Below are positions 25,646 to 34,755 of a stretch of 60,468 nt of DNA, in pieces; within the stretch, counting starts at the first letter, position 1, and every line of letters starts with the position of its first letter. The stretch is taken from positions 1 through 60,468 of the forward strand of contig CAYISM010000002.1 in the NCBI GenBank assembly GCA_964366085.1. Direction: 5' to 3'. The notes beneath the pieces were generated by a model. That model made no database searches, was not told where the DNA came from, and worked only from the letters and a program-made list of their open reading frames with translations. The translations under genes were made by a program, and so were the position numbers. Source of the DNA: an uncultured Gammaproteobacteria bacterium. GTDB lineage: Bacteria > Patescibacteriota > Microgenomatia > UBA8517.

Positions 25646-26926
25646 TTAAGAAAGCTTCTTCTCAAAATAGGCAATGAGTTTGTCGATTGGAACTCTTACC
25701 TGTTTTGCTGTGTCCCGATCACGAACCGTCACCGTGTCATCCTCAAGTGTCGTAAAATCAACAGTCACGCACCAGGGAGTTCCTATCTCGTCTTGGGCAA
25801 AATAACGCTTGCCGATATTTCCCCTATCGTCCCAAGCCACAGAATTCAGTCTAAGTTTAAGTCTAAGATAAACTTCGCGAGCTTTCTTAACTAACGCCTC
25901 TTTATTTGCCAAAAGCGGAAAAACTGCAACTTTAACTGGAGCTAACTTCGGATGTAGCTTTAAAACTACCCTATCGCCGTCCTCATTGTATGAATCAATT
26001 AAAAAGAATAGAGTCGCTCGGTCAACTCCCCCCGAAGTTTCAATTACCCAAGGGGTATATTCTTCGCCTGCTTCATCTTTGTAAGTTAATTTGTGATTCC
26101 CTAAATCATAATCTCCCCTGTGGTGAATTCCTTCAAATTCACTCCAATCAAATGGAGCATCGTATTCAATATCCGTGGCAACCTTTGCGTAGTGTGCCCT
26201 TTTCCCCGGTTCGTGGTCGCGAAATCTCAATTTAGCCTTATTCATCCCTAAAGAAACATACCATTTAATTCTTTCTTCTTTCCAATACTCGAAAGTTTTT
26301 TTTCCCTCTTTCTCGTCCGGCTTAATAAAATATTCAAGCTCCATTTGTTCAAACTCACGCGATCGGAAAGTAAAGTTTCCCGGAGTAATTTCATTTCTAA
26401 AAGCTTTTCCAATCTGAGCTATGCCAAAAGGAATTTTTACCCGGGTTGAATCAACAACATTTCTAAAATTCACAAAAACCCCTTGTGTTATCTCTCCGCG
26501 GAGATAAGCCTTTTCCTTAGGTTCGATTACTCCAAGAAAAACTTCTGTAAGAAGATTAAAAGTTTTGGGTTCGGTCCAGTCGTTTTTGCCGTCGTGTTCT
26601 TTTTCATGAGATGCAATGCTTTCTTCGCTGTCAGCACGAAATCTTTTGTGACAAATCTTGCATTCAACTAAGGGATCTGTGAAATTTGTTGTATGGCCTG
26701 ATACTTCCCAAACTTTGGGATTCATAATAATGGAAGCATCGACTCCGACTACATCTTCCCTTCCATAAACCATTGACTTCCACCACTCCCGTTTGATATT
26801 ATTTTTAAGCTCCGTCCCCAAAGGACCGTAATCCCAAAATCCGCCGTATCCCCCGTAAATTTCAGAGCCCTGATAAATAAACCCCCGGCGCTTGCAAAGA
26901 CTGACAATCTTCTCCATCAAGTCCAT
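25646..26926 (-). CDS. glyQS: Glycine--tRNA ligase (alpha2 dimeric type)
   Basis: Begins MDLMEKIVSLCKRRGFIYQGSEIYGGYGGFWDYGPLG, with class II motifs. The ATG at 26926 sits 6 nt downstream of TATAAT (26938..26933); the ORF-track start at 26932 is a TTG. Confidence 0.93.
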   Translation of the reverse strand: MDLMEKIVSLCKRRGFIYQGSEIYGGYGGFWDYGPLGTELKNNIKREWWKSMVYGREDVVGVDASIIMNPKVWEVSGHTTNFTDPLVECKICHKRFRADSEESIASHEKEHDGKNDWTEPKTFNLLTEVFLGVIEPKEKAYLRGEITQGVFVNFRNVVDSTRVKIPFGIAQIGKAFRNEITPGNFTFRSREFEQMELEYFIKPDEKEGKKTFEYWKEERIKWYVSLGMNKAKLRFRDHEPGKRAHYAKVATDIEYDAPFDWSEFEGIHHRGDYDLGNHKLTYKDEAGEEYTPWVIETSGGVDRATLFFLIDSYNEDGDRVVLKLHPKLAPVKVAVFPLLANKEALVKKAREVYLRLKLRLNSVAWDDRGNIGKRYFAQDEIGTPWCVTVDFTTLEDDTVTVRDRDTAKQVRVPIDKLIAYFEKKLS

Positions 26927-27022
26927 AATCAAATTATATAGGAAAATTAGATTTTGCGGAAGGCTTTTACAGTATCAGAATTTCGTTGACATCGCAAATA
27001 ACATGCAGAGACCAATTAAAAG

Positions 27023-27301
27023 TTAGGAGGAATTATGAGTAGCGTAGTTTTGGAAGATGGTTGAATACATGAGAGCGTCTTCGGCGAGTTTTTCTTTGTC
27101 TTTTTGTCCAAGTGTTTTGGGAAGTTTATTTAAAATTTCGTGAATATACGGTTTTTCTTTTTGAATATCTATTTCGACTTTTCGCTTTAATGCTTCTTTT
27201 ATAAAACGGTTGGCAGTCTCGGTTGATCCGCTATGATAGCCGAGAGCAACTCTTTTTAAGTCCATTGCCAAAGACGCGATGGTAATTTTGTTTTTTGTCA
27301 C
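27023..27301 (-). CDS. Hypothetical small helical protein
   Basis: 92 aa. Its GTG start overlaps the stop of the upstream ORF (GTGA). No family recognised. Confidence 0.55.
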   Translation of the reverse strand: MTKNKITIASLAMDLKRVALGYHSGSTETANRFIKEALKRKVEIDIQKEKPYIHEILNKLPKTLGQKDKEKLAEDALMYSTIFQNYATHNSS

Positions 27302-27636
27302 ATTACTTTCTTAAAAAAATATTCTGTTAACCTTTCGTATTTATTTCTAATTTTAGCATCTTGGATCTCGTTACTATTATTGCTGTCCTTGGGGCGAATA
27401 TTAATAAAGGAATTGTAGTCGATAACTTTTGTTGCCAGATCTATTCCTCCCCCCCAAATATTTAATTGATGAGACCCTTGTTTTAGAAGTATTTCTTCCG
27501 ACTCAAAATGCCTGTCACAACCGGCCGAACAGATTTTTTTTTCGATGTCGATTGCGGTTTTTATATATGTATCAAAAGGATCCCTTAACTTTTTTATTTC
27601 TTCTTTGGTATATGGAGTGGATTTTGTGATAATCAT
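27298..27636 (-). CDS. Hypothetical protein
   Basis: 112 aa. An extended -10 box TGgTAAAAT (27655..27647) lies 10 nt upstream of the ATG. No family confidently recognised. Confidence 0.6.
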   Translation of the reverse strand: MIITKSTPYTKEEIKKLRDPFDTYIKTAIDIEKKICSAGCDRHFESEEILLKQGSHQLNIWGGGIDLATKVIDYNSFINIRPKDSNNSNEIQDAKIRNKYERLTEYFFKKVM

Positions 27637-27751
27637 GACTTACATAATTTTACCACTTATTTTTCGATTCCTTTAAGTTAGGTTTTGGTCTGTTTTACTC
27701 CCCCATGGTTCATTATTACTGAAGGGCGGCCGTGATTTCAATTCCGACTAA

Positions 27752-28075
27752 CTATTTTTCTAAAAACCTTTCCAAATGAGCTTCCAGGATTTCGCAACCG
27801 CTTCTGGATAGAAAAAAATGACAAGTCAGACAAGTAACTGGAAGTACCTCATTCCCTGTTCTCGGATCAAAAGTCTTTTCCCATACGTATGAACGATCCA
27901 TTTCAATATTAACAAGCCTAAGACAAGACATCTTTTTTAAAATATCGACCGGACTTTTAATATTGCCCAGTTCCAATAATTTTTGTGTGAATCTTTCTCC
28001 GGAATTAAACTCGGACACAGAACCCTGGATCTGTCTATAATTAGAGGAATTAGCTGAAACCTTGATTCTTTCCAC
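27752..28075 (-). CDS. Hypothetical protein with a CxxC motif
   Basis: 107 aa with a GTG start 9 nt after the recO stop. It contains CLTCH. No family recognised. Confidence 0.45.
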   Translation of the reverse strand: MERIKVSANSSNYRQIQGSVSEFNSGERFTQKLLELGNIKSPVDILKKMSCLRLVNIEMDRSYVWEKTFDPRTGNEVLPVTCLTCHFFLSRSGCEILEAHLERFLEK

Positions 28076-28084
28076 CGGCCAATT

Positions 28085-28633
28085 TTATCCCATAAGCATT
28101 CTTTTGCCAACTCTTTCTGTGTTCATTTTTCTTTCCGTCACTTCCTCAAGCTTTCCATCTATATCTAAAAGCCTTTTTCCTTTCGGCCAAAATCCGAGCG
28201 TTGTAAGAACTTCATATACAAACTCTGCCCTTAACTTTTTTAGAGCCGACTGCTCTCTAAGTAAGGAGAGATATTTTAGAAGTAAATCATATAGTTCTTC
28301 ATTCTTTTCGTGCTCGCGGGTAGTCTTTCCAATTACCTCCATAAAATAATAAGCAAGTGCCACTTTTTTTAATTTTTTTCTGATTTCAACGTACGCATCA
28401 ATAATTTCTGCTTCTGTAATTAAACCGAGGCTTTTTCCTGAAGTTGCTTGAAATTTTATGTGATTAAAAACCTCTATATGCCCCCTTTTCCTGCTTGTTG
28501 GTTTTCTGACGCCTTTAGCCAAAAGGGTAATCCTCCCGTAATCTTTGGAGTATATCGCCAAAATTCTATCTGCTTCTGAATATTTTTTTCTTGCCAGCAC
28601 AACCCCCCTCGAAGAATATGTTCTTTGTTTCAT
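28085..28633 (-). CDS. recO: DNA repair protein RecO (short form)
   Basis: RGVVLARKKYSEADRILAIYSKDYGRITLLAKGVRKPTSRKRGHIE is a typical RecO N-terminal OB fold. The ATG at 28633 avoids overlap with the upstream gene. Confidence 0.8.
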   Translation of the reverse strand: MKQRTYSSRGVVLARKKYSEADRILAIYSKDYGRITLLAKGVRKPTSRKRGHIEVFNHIKFQATSGKSLGLITEAEIIDAYVEIRKKLKKVALAYYFMEVIGKTTREHEKNEELYDLLLKYLSLLREQSALKKLRAEFVYEVLTTLGFWPKGKRLLDIDGKLEEVTERKMNTERVGKRMLMG

Positions 28634-28647
28634 GATGATATTTACCA

Positions 28648-30615
28648 TCAAATCCTTACTTTGAAGTCTTTATCGGTCTTTAATAAAAATTCTTCCTCGT
28701 ATTTACCCAATTTTATTCTCATAAGCGGGCCGTCGGTACCGGGCTGCTTTTGCATTAAAAGCCTGTATGTATCTTTAGCCTTCATAGGAATTTTATATTT
28801 GATAGTTACTTTTGAAACTCCTTGCGGTCTTAATTTGAAAAATCCCGCAAAAACCTCTTTTCCAAATTCTTCGTAGGGGACTGCTTTATCCTCTACACCT
28901 TCGAAAGCCAGAAGCTGGCTTCCCTTAGGTACATAAACCCTTACCCAATTGGGCAGTACCGAATTTAGCCATCCATCCTGGGCTTGGGGATTTTTATAGG
29001 TAATCGTGACTGTTTTTTCGACACTTCCATCTTTTCCGATCTTAATTTCCTGCTCTATTTCTTGCGACGTATAAAGATTCGATTTTCTTCCCCCCAAATT
29101 TGCATCGTTTACGTGCAAGTAATCTCCGTCATAATCTTTTATCCGACCGGCAATATTAAAACTTTCAACCGCCGATTGTGCTTTTGCATCAAATAGATAG
29201 AAAAGAACGTGTTTTTCAACCAGCGACCTATATCCTGCTTCGAAAAGCTTTGGTAGCTTGTCTTTTGGCTGACCCATGGCATTTGCCAAAATAGAATTCA
29301 TTAAAGGACCAATTATTTTCTTCCTGTTGTCAGAATTCGGAGGTCTATAAATAATTTTTCCTGTGATTGGATCCCAAATAATCGGACCTTCAACGTCGGC
29401 AAAACTTTCTAGTTCGTGAATAACTTGCGGACAATCGCATTCAGGAATTTTTGTCGTACTGAAATTTCCGAATCCGGGAACGCCAATTTGTCCCAGAGCG
29501 TCAAGAAGATTAACAAGAAGGTGAGTATCAACCGCTATTATTCCGTCTATATCCTTTATTCCAACTTTCTCAGCCTCTTTTATAAACGTTTTCATACTTT
29601 CCGCAAAATCCGGCGACCAGTTCATATCTCTTAATCTTATGTTTTTGGAAAGAATATACGGACCCTTAAGATATTTCACCAAGGGTTCCGCCGCCGGGAA
29701 GGAAGGCTTGTATTTTGCGTCCAAATTATAGATATCACTTGAAATTACGGGATTAAAAGTACCTTTATCTACTTTCATTATCGAATAGGCCGTTAAAAAT
29801 CCTCCGGTTGGCCTTAATTCCTTGTCATTTTGAAATAAAACCAGATATTGCCTGGGAGCGTCTATCCCAAGAAGATAAGGCGCTTGTGCCAAAAGAGGTT
29901 TGCCGTCAACTATGAAGTTTGCAGCTTCGTCGACCAACTCCACTCCCATCCGGATCTTTTCGCGTATTGCCATACCCCTAAATTTAACGGGGTAACTATC
30001 CGGACTTATCTGGTCAACTTCTTTTTTGGCCAAGTTTACTTTTTCTGAGATGCTATCTACCCTAGGAACTATTTCCGGAATACTTTTAACCAGAAAATCA
30101 ATTCTATCCTTGGCTGTTTTTGCACCATCTCCGGTTCTTGACTCAGTCCCTCCGGTAAACCCGGCAAGGTCAGCGTAAGGCTCAACCGCAGTTACCAAAA
30201 TTTGCCCCGCGTCAAGTCCGTATATCAAAGCCATGGTTGCATGCTTGCTATCTGATACATATTTGCCAATCCAAGGTACTGCCTTCAACCAAAAAAGTGG
30301 AGCAAGGGAACCTTGTAGGGCTTGTGTTGATTTCTTGGTTTTTTGAATTTCTTCTTTTATTTTCGGAAGATTTTTCGAACCTGCGGCGGCCTTTAGAGCT
30401 TTTACTTCTGTTTCGAAAGATTTCGCTTTCGAATAAACGTTAATAAGTGGAAGGACGACAAGAATTAAGATAGATCCCAATATTGCCAAAACTGTTATCA
30501 AAATCGTGGGAAGTACCTTTTTTGAGCCTTGCGGCTTTTGAACTTCTATCGCCACCTTATTTTCGGAAGCATTAAGATTGGGTTTAATTTGGGGTATGGG
30601 ATTATCAGGTTGCAT
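28648..30615 (-). CDS. DUF4012-domain membrane-anchored protein
   Basis: LLGIDAPRQYLVLFQNDKELRPTGGFLTAYSIMKVDKGTF matches the DUF4012 signature. It has one N-terminal TM helix. The ATG at 30615 is preferred. Confidence 0.8.
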   Translation of the reverse strand: MQPDNPIPQIKPNLNASENKVAIEVQKPQGSKKVLPTILITVLAILGSILILVVLPLINVYSKAKSFETEVKALKAAAGSKNLPKIKEEIQKTKKSTQALQGSLAPLFWLKAVPWIGKYVSDSKHATMALIYGLDAGQILVTAVEPYADLAGFTGGTESRTGDGAKTAKDRIDFLVKSIPEIVPRVDSISEKVNLAKKEVDQISPDSYPVKFRGMAIREKIRMGVELVDEAANFIVDGKPLLAQAPYLLGIDAPRQYLVLFQNDKELRPTGGFLTAYSIMKVDKGTFNPVISSDIYNLDAKYKPSFPAAEPLVKYLKGPYILSKNIRLRDMNWSPDFAESMKTFIKEAEKVGIKDIDGIIAVDTHLLVNLLDALGQIGVPGFGNFSTTKIPECDCPQVIHELESFADVEGPIIWDPITGKIIYRPPNSDNRKKIIGPLMNSILANAMGQPKDKLPKLFEAGYRSLVEKHVLFYLFDAKAQSAVESFNIAGRIKDYDGDYLHVNDANLGGRKSNLYTSQEIEQEIKIGKDGSVEKTVTITYKNPQAQDGWLNSVLPNWVRVYVPKGSQLLAFEGVEDKAVPYEEFGKEVFAGFFKLRPQGVSKVTIKYKIPMKAKDTYRLLMQKQPGTDGPLMRIKLGKYEEEFLLKTDKDFKVRI

Positions 30616-30643
30616 ATAAAAATAATATCTGAAATTTACAAAT

Positions 30644-31282
30644 TTATACAGCCCCTTTTCCAATGATCATGGCAAATGGGGTCTTAAGAAGAATCAAAAA
30701 ATCAAGAAGTATTGACCTTTTTTTAGTATAATAAGAGTCCATCTCGATTCTTTTATCGAAATTTACCTCGCTTCGGCCCGAAACCTGCCAATATCCGGTT
30801 ATTCCGGGCTTCATCGAAAGCACATCTTTAACCAATTCTTTAGTATAGGGATATTTGTTTGTCTGTTGCTCCAATTCGTCCGGATAGTAAGGCCTGGGAC
30901 CTACTATACTCATTTCGCCCTTGAGTACATTGATAAGCTGGGGAATTTCGTCTATTGAATGTTTTCTTATAAATTTACCTACCGTGGTAACTCTGGGGTC
31001 TTCGTGAAGTTTAAAACTGGATTTTTTATATTCTTCATATAGTTTCTTAAATTTCGGGTCCCGCCTAAGAAGGCTGTGGGCATTAAGAATCATTGATCTA
31101 AATTTATATGGGTAAAAAAGTTTGCCGCCTTTTCCTATTCGTTTCGGAGTATCCGCAAAAACCGGACCGGGCGAGGAAAGCTTAATTAGAATAGATGTCG
31201 TTAGTATAACCGGAGAAAAAATAAGCAACAAAACTATCGCTCCCACTAAATCGATTGTTCTTTTTACAACCTCGTACACCAT
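30644..31282 (-). CDS. Polyprenyl-phosphate sugar-phosphate transferase (bacterial sugar transferase family, WbaP/EpsL-like)
   Basis: Contains VKRTIDLVGAIVLLLIFSPV, KFRSM and DEIPQLINVLKGEMSIVGPRP. The ATG at 31282 lies 1 nt after the upstream stop; the ORF-track start is 31324. Confidence 0.88.
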   Translation of the reverse strand: MVYEVVKRTIDLVGAIVLLLIFSPVILTTSILIKLSSPGPVFADTPKRIGKGGKLFYPYKFRSMILNAHSLLRRDPKFKKLYEEYKKSSFKLHEDPRVTTVGKFIRKHSIDEIPQLINVLKGEMSIVGPRPYYPDELEQQTNKYPYTKELVKDVLSMKPGITGYWQVSGRSEVNFDKRIEMDSYYTKKRSILLDFLILLKTPFAMIIGKGAV

Positions 31283-31283
31283 A

Positions 31284-32369
31284 TTACTCAACAAATTCAG
31301 GTTTTTCTTTTTCCAAAATTCCAAAAAGATCCTTTACTTTCCCGGTTTGACTCGTCTCAGAAACCAAAAGGCCGTCCGGTGTATCGATAACCGTAATGTT
31401 TGAAAGTCCAATCACTCCTATTGCCTTACCTTTTGGCCCGATTACTAAATTACTATTTGAATCAATAAATTTGGTATAAGATTCCCCTTCCACAACATTT
31501 TCTTCCGCATTTTTCCTTACAGCTTTATAAAAAAGATCCCAGGTTCCCGCGTCTTCCCATCCGAATTCTGTAGGAATTGTAACACTTTTGTCTTGGGGAA
31601 GTTTTACAAAAATACCGAATTCTATAGTATCTTTTATAAATTTGTGATACTCACGATAGATAATCGTATCCTCATACTTACTACCATCGGCCTCCATTAT
31701 TTTAATAAGTCCCTTATACATTTCAGGTTGGTACTTTTCAAAGTAAGAAAGCATCACATCTGTTCTCCATGCTCGATAGCCCGTATTTAGTAAGTAAGCA
31801 TCCGATTGAAACATCTTTTTCGCAAGTTCTAATTCCGGCCGCTTAATTGTCTCTAAAATCTTAACAATTCTAAAACCAGCCACCTCATCAATTGTTTCAC
31901 CGAACCTTACCCATTCGTTTTGCGTAGACGGAGTCTTTGGTTTTTCATTCACCGAAACGATCAACCCTGTTTCCTGGGCATACTTTCCCGCAGTTACCAT
32001 TGCTTTTAAAAAAGTAGATTCTTTGCCTATAAAGTGATCGCTCCACGACACCAACATTACCTCCCCGGGACATCTCTTTTCCAATAACGCGGTTACAAGT
32101 CCAACCGCGGCCAAATTATCTTTTCTCTCGGGCTCGGCAATTATGTTTCTGGAGGGGATCTCAGGTACCTGCTTTTTAACAAGACTGATGTACCTCTTTT
32201 CAGTTGAAACTAGTATGTCTTCCGGTTTAAATACTTTCCTAAAACGTATATAAGTAGTCTGAAAGAAAGACCTACCGCCAATCAGGGGATAAAATTGCTT
32301 GGGAAAACTCTTGCGGCTGGCGGGCCACATGCGGGTACCGTAGCCTCCACAAAAAATTACAACTTTCAT
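31284..32369 (-). CDS. Sugar-1-phosphate nucleotidyltransferase (mannose-1-phosphate guanylyltransferase-like)
   Basis: Begins MKVVIFCGGYGTRMWPASRKSFPKQF, the nucleotidyltransferase signature. 361 aa. Confidence 0.8.
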   Translation of the reverse strand: MKVVIFCGGYGTRMWPASRKSFPKQFYPLIGGRSFFQTTYIRFRKVFKPEDILVSTEKRYISLVKKQVPEIPSRNIIAEPERKDNLAAVGLVTALLEKRCPGEVMLVSWSDHFIGKESTFLKAMVTAGKYAQETGLIVSVNEKPKTPSTQNEWVRFGETIDEVAGFRIVKILETIKRPELELAKKMFQSDAYLLNTGYRAWRTDVMLSYFEKYQPEMYKGLIKIMEADGSKYEDTIIYREYHKFIKDTIEFGIFVKLPQDKSVTIPTEFGWEDAGTWDLFYKAVRKNAEENVVEGESYTKFIDSNSNLVIGPKGKAIGVIGLSNITVIDTPDGLLVSETSQTGKVKDLFGILEKEKPEFVE

Positions 32370-33445
32370 ATATTTTCAATTAACTTTCCAAATTCTTTCT
32401 GAAATCTTTCCTTTGAAAACTTTCTGGCTTGATTGATGCAGTCTTCTGGTTTAAATTTCATTTTCTCAAATCGTTTGATTGCATCTACTAAGGAATCAAC
32501 AGTTGGCTCAGGAAAAAATATTCCTGTTACTCCATCTTTAACAGTATCTAACACTCCGCCCCTTTTGTAAGCTATTACCGGTGTACCGGCCAGTTGTGCC
32601 TCAACTGCTACAATTCCGAAATCCTCCTCCTGTGGCATTATTAATGCGACGCATCTTTTATAGTAGACAGCTAACTCCCCATATGTCAATTGTCCGACAA
32701 ATTTAATGTTTTCTTTCGCCATTCGTTTGAGCTTACCTTCCTCACTTCCGGTTCCAACTATTACAAGCGGCACGCCCATTTTGTTAAAAGCCGCAATCGC
32801 CAAATCAACCTTTTTGTAAGGTACTAGTCTTGAAACGACAAGAAAAAAGTTTTCTTCATTTACCACACCACTACGTAGTGGTGTAGTGTCCAAGGTATCT
32901 ACAGGTGGAAATATTATTTCAGAATCTCTGTCGTAGTACTTTTTAATTCGATTTTGAACCTCTGTCGAAATCGCAATCATCACATCCGGCCTTTGAGAAG
33001 CAATTCTGTCCCACCTTTTAAGATGGTCCACCACCGGCCATGTAACACCTTTAAAGGTTGAACCTTTAAAATATGTCTCGTAGTGACTCCAAAGGTAGCG
33101 GGTGGGAGTAAGACAATAGCAGATATGTTTTGTGCATGGTTTTGTGATTATTCCCTTTGCTGCTTCAGAAGTAACCGAGATAACCAGATCGAATTCGTCT
33201 AAGTTGAAACTTTCAAAAGCAATCGGCATAAGAGGAGCAAGAAGCTCATGATTTGTCGATGCGAAGGGAATTTTTTGTAAGAAAGAGCTGTAAACTTTCG
33301 GGAAAACGGCTGCCCAGGAAGCTCTTTTTGAATCATAAACCGAAGTGTAAAGGGGCGCATCAGGAAAAATCTCATGAAGAGCGAGAAGCACCCTCTCCGC
33401 CCCGCCCCATTTATTAACCCGATCATAAACCAAAGCGGTTTTCAT
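32366..33445 (-). CDS. Glycosyltransferase family 4
   Basis: 359 aa with the ExFGxxxxEA motif (EEDFGIVAVEAQLAGTPVIA). A strong GGGGGT SD lies upstream. Confidence 0.88.
   Translation of the reverse strand: MKTALVYDRVNKWGGAERVLLALHEIFPDAPLYTSVYDSKRASWAAVFPKVYSSFLQKIPFASTNHELLAPLMPIAFESFNLDEFDLVISVTSEAAKGIITKPCTKHICYCLTPTRYLWSHYETYFKGSTFKGVTWPVVDHLKRWDRIASQRPDVMIAISTEVQNRIKKYYDRDSEIIFPPVDTLDTTPLRSGVVNEENFFLVVSRLVPYKKVDLAIAAFNKMGVPLVIVGTGSEEGKLKRMAKENIKFVGQLTYGELAVYYKRCVALIMPQEEDFGIVAVEAQLAGTPVIAYKRGGVLDTVKDGVTGIFFPEPTVDSLVDAIKRFEKMKFKPEDCINQARKFSKERFQKEFGKLIENI
32865..32884. repeat. 20-bp perfect palindrome ACACCACTAC|GTAGTGGTGT inside the GT4 CDS
   Basis: Read directly from the sequence. It encodes TTPLRSG. 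Confidence 0.9.
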
Positions 33446-33515
33446 TTTTCAAACCCCCTTGGTTTGACTTCTTCTAAATAAACCAGAGCCACCCTCATCA
33501 ATCTATTTTATTCTT

Positions 33516-33767
33516 TTATCGTTGACCAAGCCAGGACGTGATGGGAGAAACTCTATTCTGAGATCTTTCATCAAACCGGATTACCAAAATCTCACCTACC
33601 CCACCATAAAAATCTGATATTCTACCGTAATTTTCAAATTCCCGCATTACCAATAAGTCATCGGAATTAAGTAGAAAAGTGTCTGCCTCTCTAAAAAACT
33701 GCGCTTGGCCTTTAGGAACCATTTTTGCTGCATAAATACTAGCATTAGTTTGATGACGTCCTCCCAC
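33516..33767 (-). CDS. Hypothetical ORF or gene fragment
   Basis: 83 codons from a GTG. The frame stays open further upstream to 33818, so it is possibly truncated by the adjacent element. No family recognised. Confidence 0.3.
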   Translation of the reverse strand: MGGRHQTNASIYAAKMVPKGQAQFFREADTFLLNSDDLLVMREFENYGRISDFYGGVGEILVIRFDERSQNRVSPITSWLGQR

Positions 33768-33827
33768 GACCTTACGGTCGGGGTTTCCTTCTTTATCTGG
33801 AGGACTACATGTCAGTATTCAATTCAT

Positions 33828-33854
33828 CCGTGAGCTTACGCTCACGGTTTTCTT
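33828..33854 (+). terminator. Rho-independent-type terminator hairpin at the left side of the element
   Basis: Reads CCGTGAGC-ttac-GCTCACGG followed by TTTTCTT. A second hairpin with a TTAC loop, CGACC-ttac-GGTCG, lies at 33767..33780. Confidence 0.55.
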
Positions 33855-33968
33855 GAATGCTGTCATAAAAGCGGAGAATGGCTACTGATTTACCATCAAA
33901 ATTTCTAATTTGCCGGAAATTCAAAATCAATTTGTAAAGTCTTAGGGTAAAGTGCATTTACACATTTA

Positions 33969-33981
33969 CACCCTTAGGGTG
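33969..33981. repeat. Left subterminal hairpin CACCC-TTA-GGGTG
   Basis: Pairs with the right copy at 34740..34752. CTTAGGGT also recurs at 33941..33948. Confidence 0.7.
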
Positions 33982-34001
33982 GTTTAGGTTCACACATATT
34001 C

Positions 34002-34030
34002 TTGACAGGGATCTAATAGGGCTTTATAGT
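34002..34030 (+). promoter_or_regulatory. Promoter of the transposase gene (TTGACA-17-TATAGT)
   Basis: Consensus -35 at 34002..34007 and -10 at 34025..34030, 9 nt before the ATG at 34040. Confidence 0.6.
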
Positions 34031-34039
34031 CAAAATTGC

Positions 34040-34747
34040 ATGGCGACAAATAGAAAAACCATCTTCGCGACCGGAGAGATATACCATGTATTTAATCTAG
34101 GCGTTGAAAGAAGAGATATCTTCACAGATATCAGAGAGTACAAACGTGCAGTTGAAACAATCAGATTCTATCTCCACTCCAACTTACCAATCAGATATTC
34201 ACAATTTATAAATCTGCCGCTAAATCTTAAAGAAGAATTTTCAGAAAAACTAAAACAACTAGAAAGGGAGGTAAGTATAATTGCTTACTGTTTAATGCCA
34301 AATCACTTCCATTTAATTCTTAAACAATTAAGAGAAAAAGGGCTAACAAGATTCCTCTCAAACATCACCAACAGTTATACTAGATATTTTAACGCGAAAC
34401 ATAAAAGAATTGGCCATCTTTTTCGGGGACCGTTTAAGGCCGTGCATATTGAGACGGATCAACAACTCTTCCATTTAACTCGTTACCTTCACCTTAACCC
34501 GGTTGCATCTTTTTTAGTTAACATTAATAAGTTAAAAGGATATATCTGGTCTTCCTTTCCTGAATATTTAGATCTCGTAAAGGATCCCATTTGTAATACC
34601 TCGCTTACTGATTCTGTGTTCCGCAAAAGAGAAGACTATGAGAAGTTTGTATATAACCAGATAGAGTACGCGCAAAAATTAGAAAAAATAAAACATTTAG
34701 CCATAGATTCGAAAAATGAGAAACAGTGTGAACCTATATCACCCTGA
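34040..34747 (+). CDS. Y1 HUH tyrosine transposase, REP-associated (RAYT)/IS200-like family
   Basis: 235 aa. It has the HUH motif in CLMPNHFHLIL, TNSYTRYFN...GHLFRGPFK, and YLHLNPV...YIWSS. Confidence 0.85.
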   Translation: MATNRKTIFATGEIYHVFNLGVERRDIFTDIREYKRAVETIRFYLHSNLPIRYSQFINLPLNLKEEFSEKLKQLEREVSIIAYCLMPNHFHLILKQLREKGLTRFLSNITNSYTRYFNAKHKRIGHLFRGPFKAVHIETDQQLFHLTRYLHLNPVASFLVNINKLKGYIWSSFPEYLDLVKDPICNTSLTDSVFRKREDYEKFVYNQIEYAQKLEKIKHLAIDSKNEKQCEPISP

Positions 34748-34752
34748 GGGTG
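34740..34752. repeat. Right subterminal hairpin CACCC-TGA-GGGTG
   Basis: The loop is the transposase stop codon (34745..34747). Confidence 0.7.
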
Positions 34753-34755
34753 TAT

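Larger units (their letters stand above)
33767..34755 (+). mobile_element. IS200/IS605-like or RAYT element (approximate limits)
   Basis: A Y1 HUH transposase gene flanked by matching hairpins, CACCCTTAGGGTG (33969..33981) and CACCCTGAGGGTG (34740..34752). It has a left-end terminator hairpin, and a truncated GT 5' end abuts it at 34756. Confidence 0.6.

Noticed and set aside
33767-33847. Interpreting the TTAC loops of the two left hairpins as an IS608-type TTAC target or cleavage site
   Set aside because: The match is a tetranucleotide coincidence. In IS608 the TTAC flanks the hairpin and does not sit in the loop. Without other copies of the element the ends cannot be defined.
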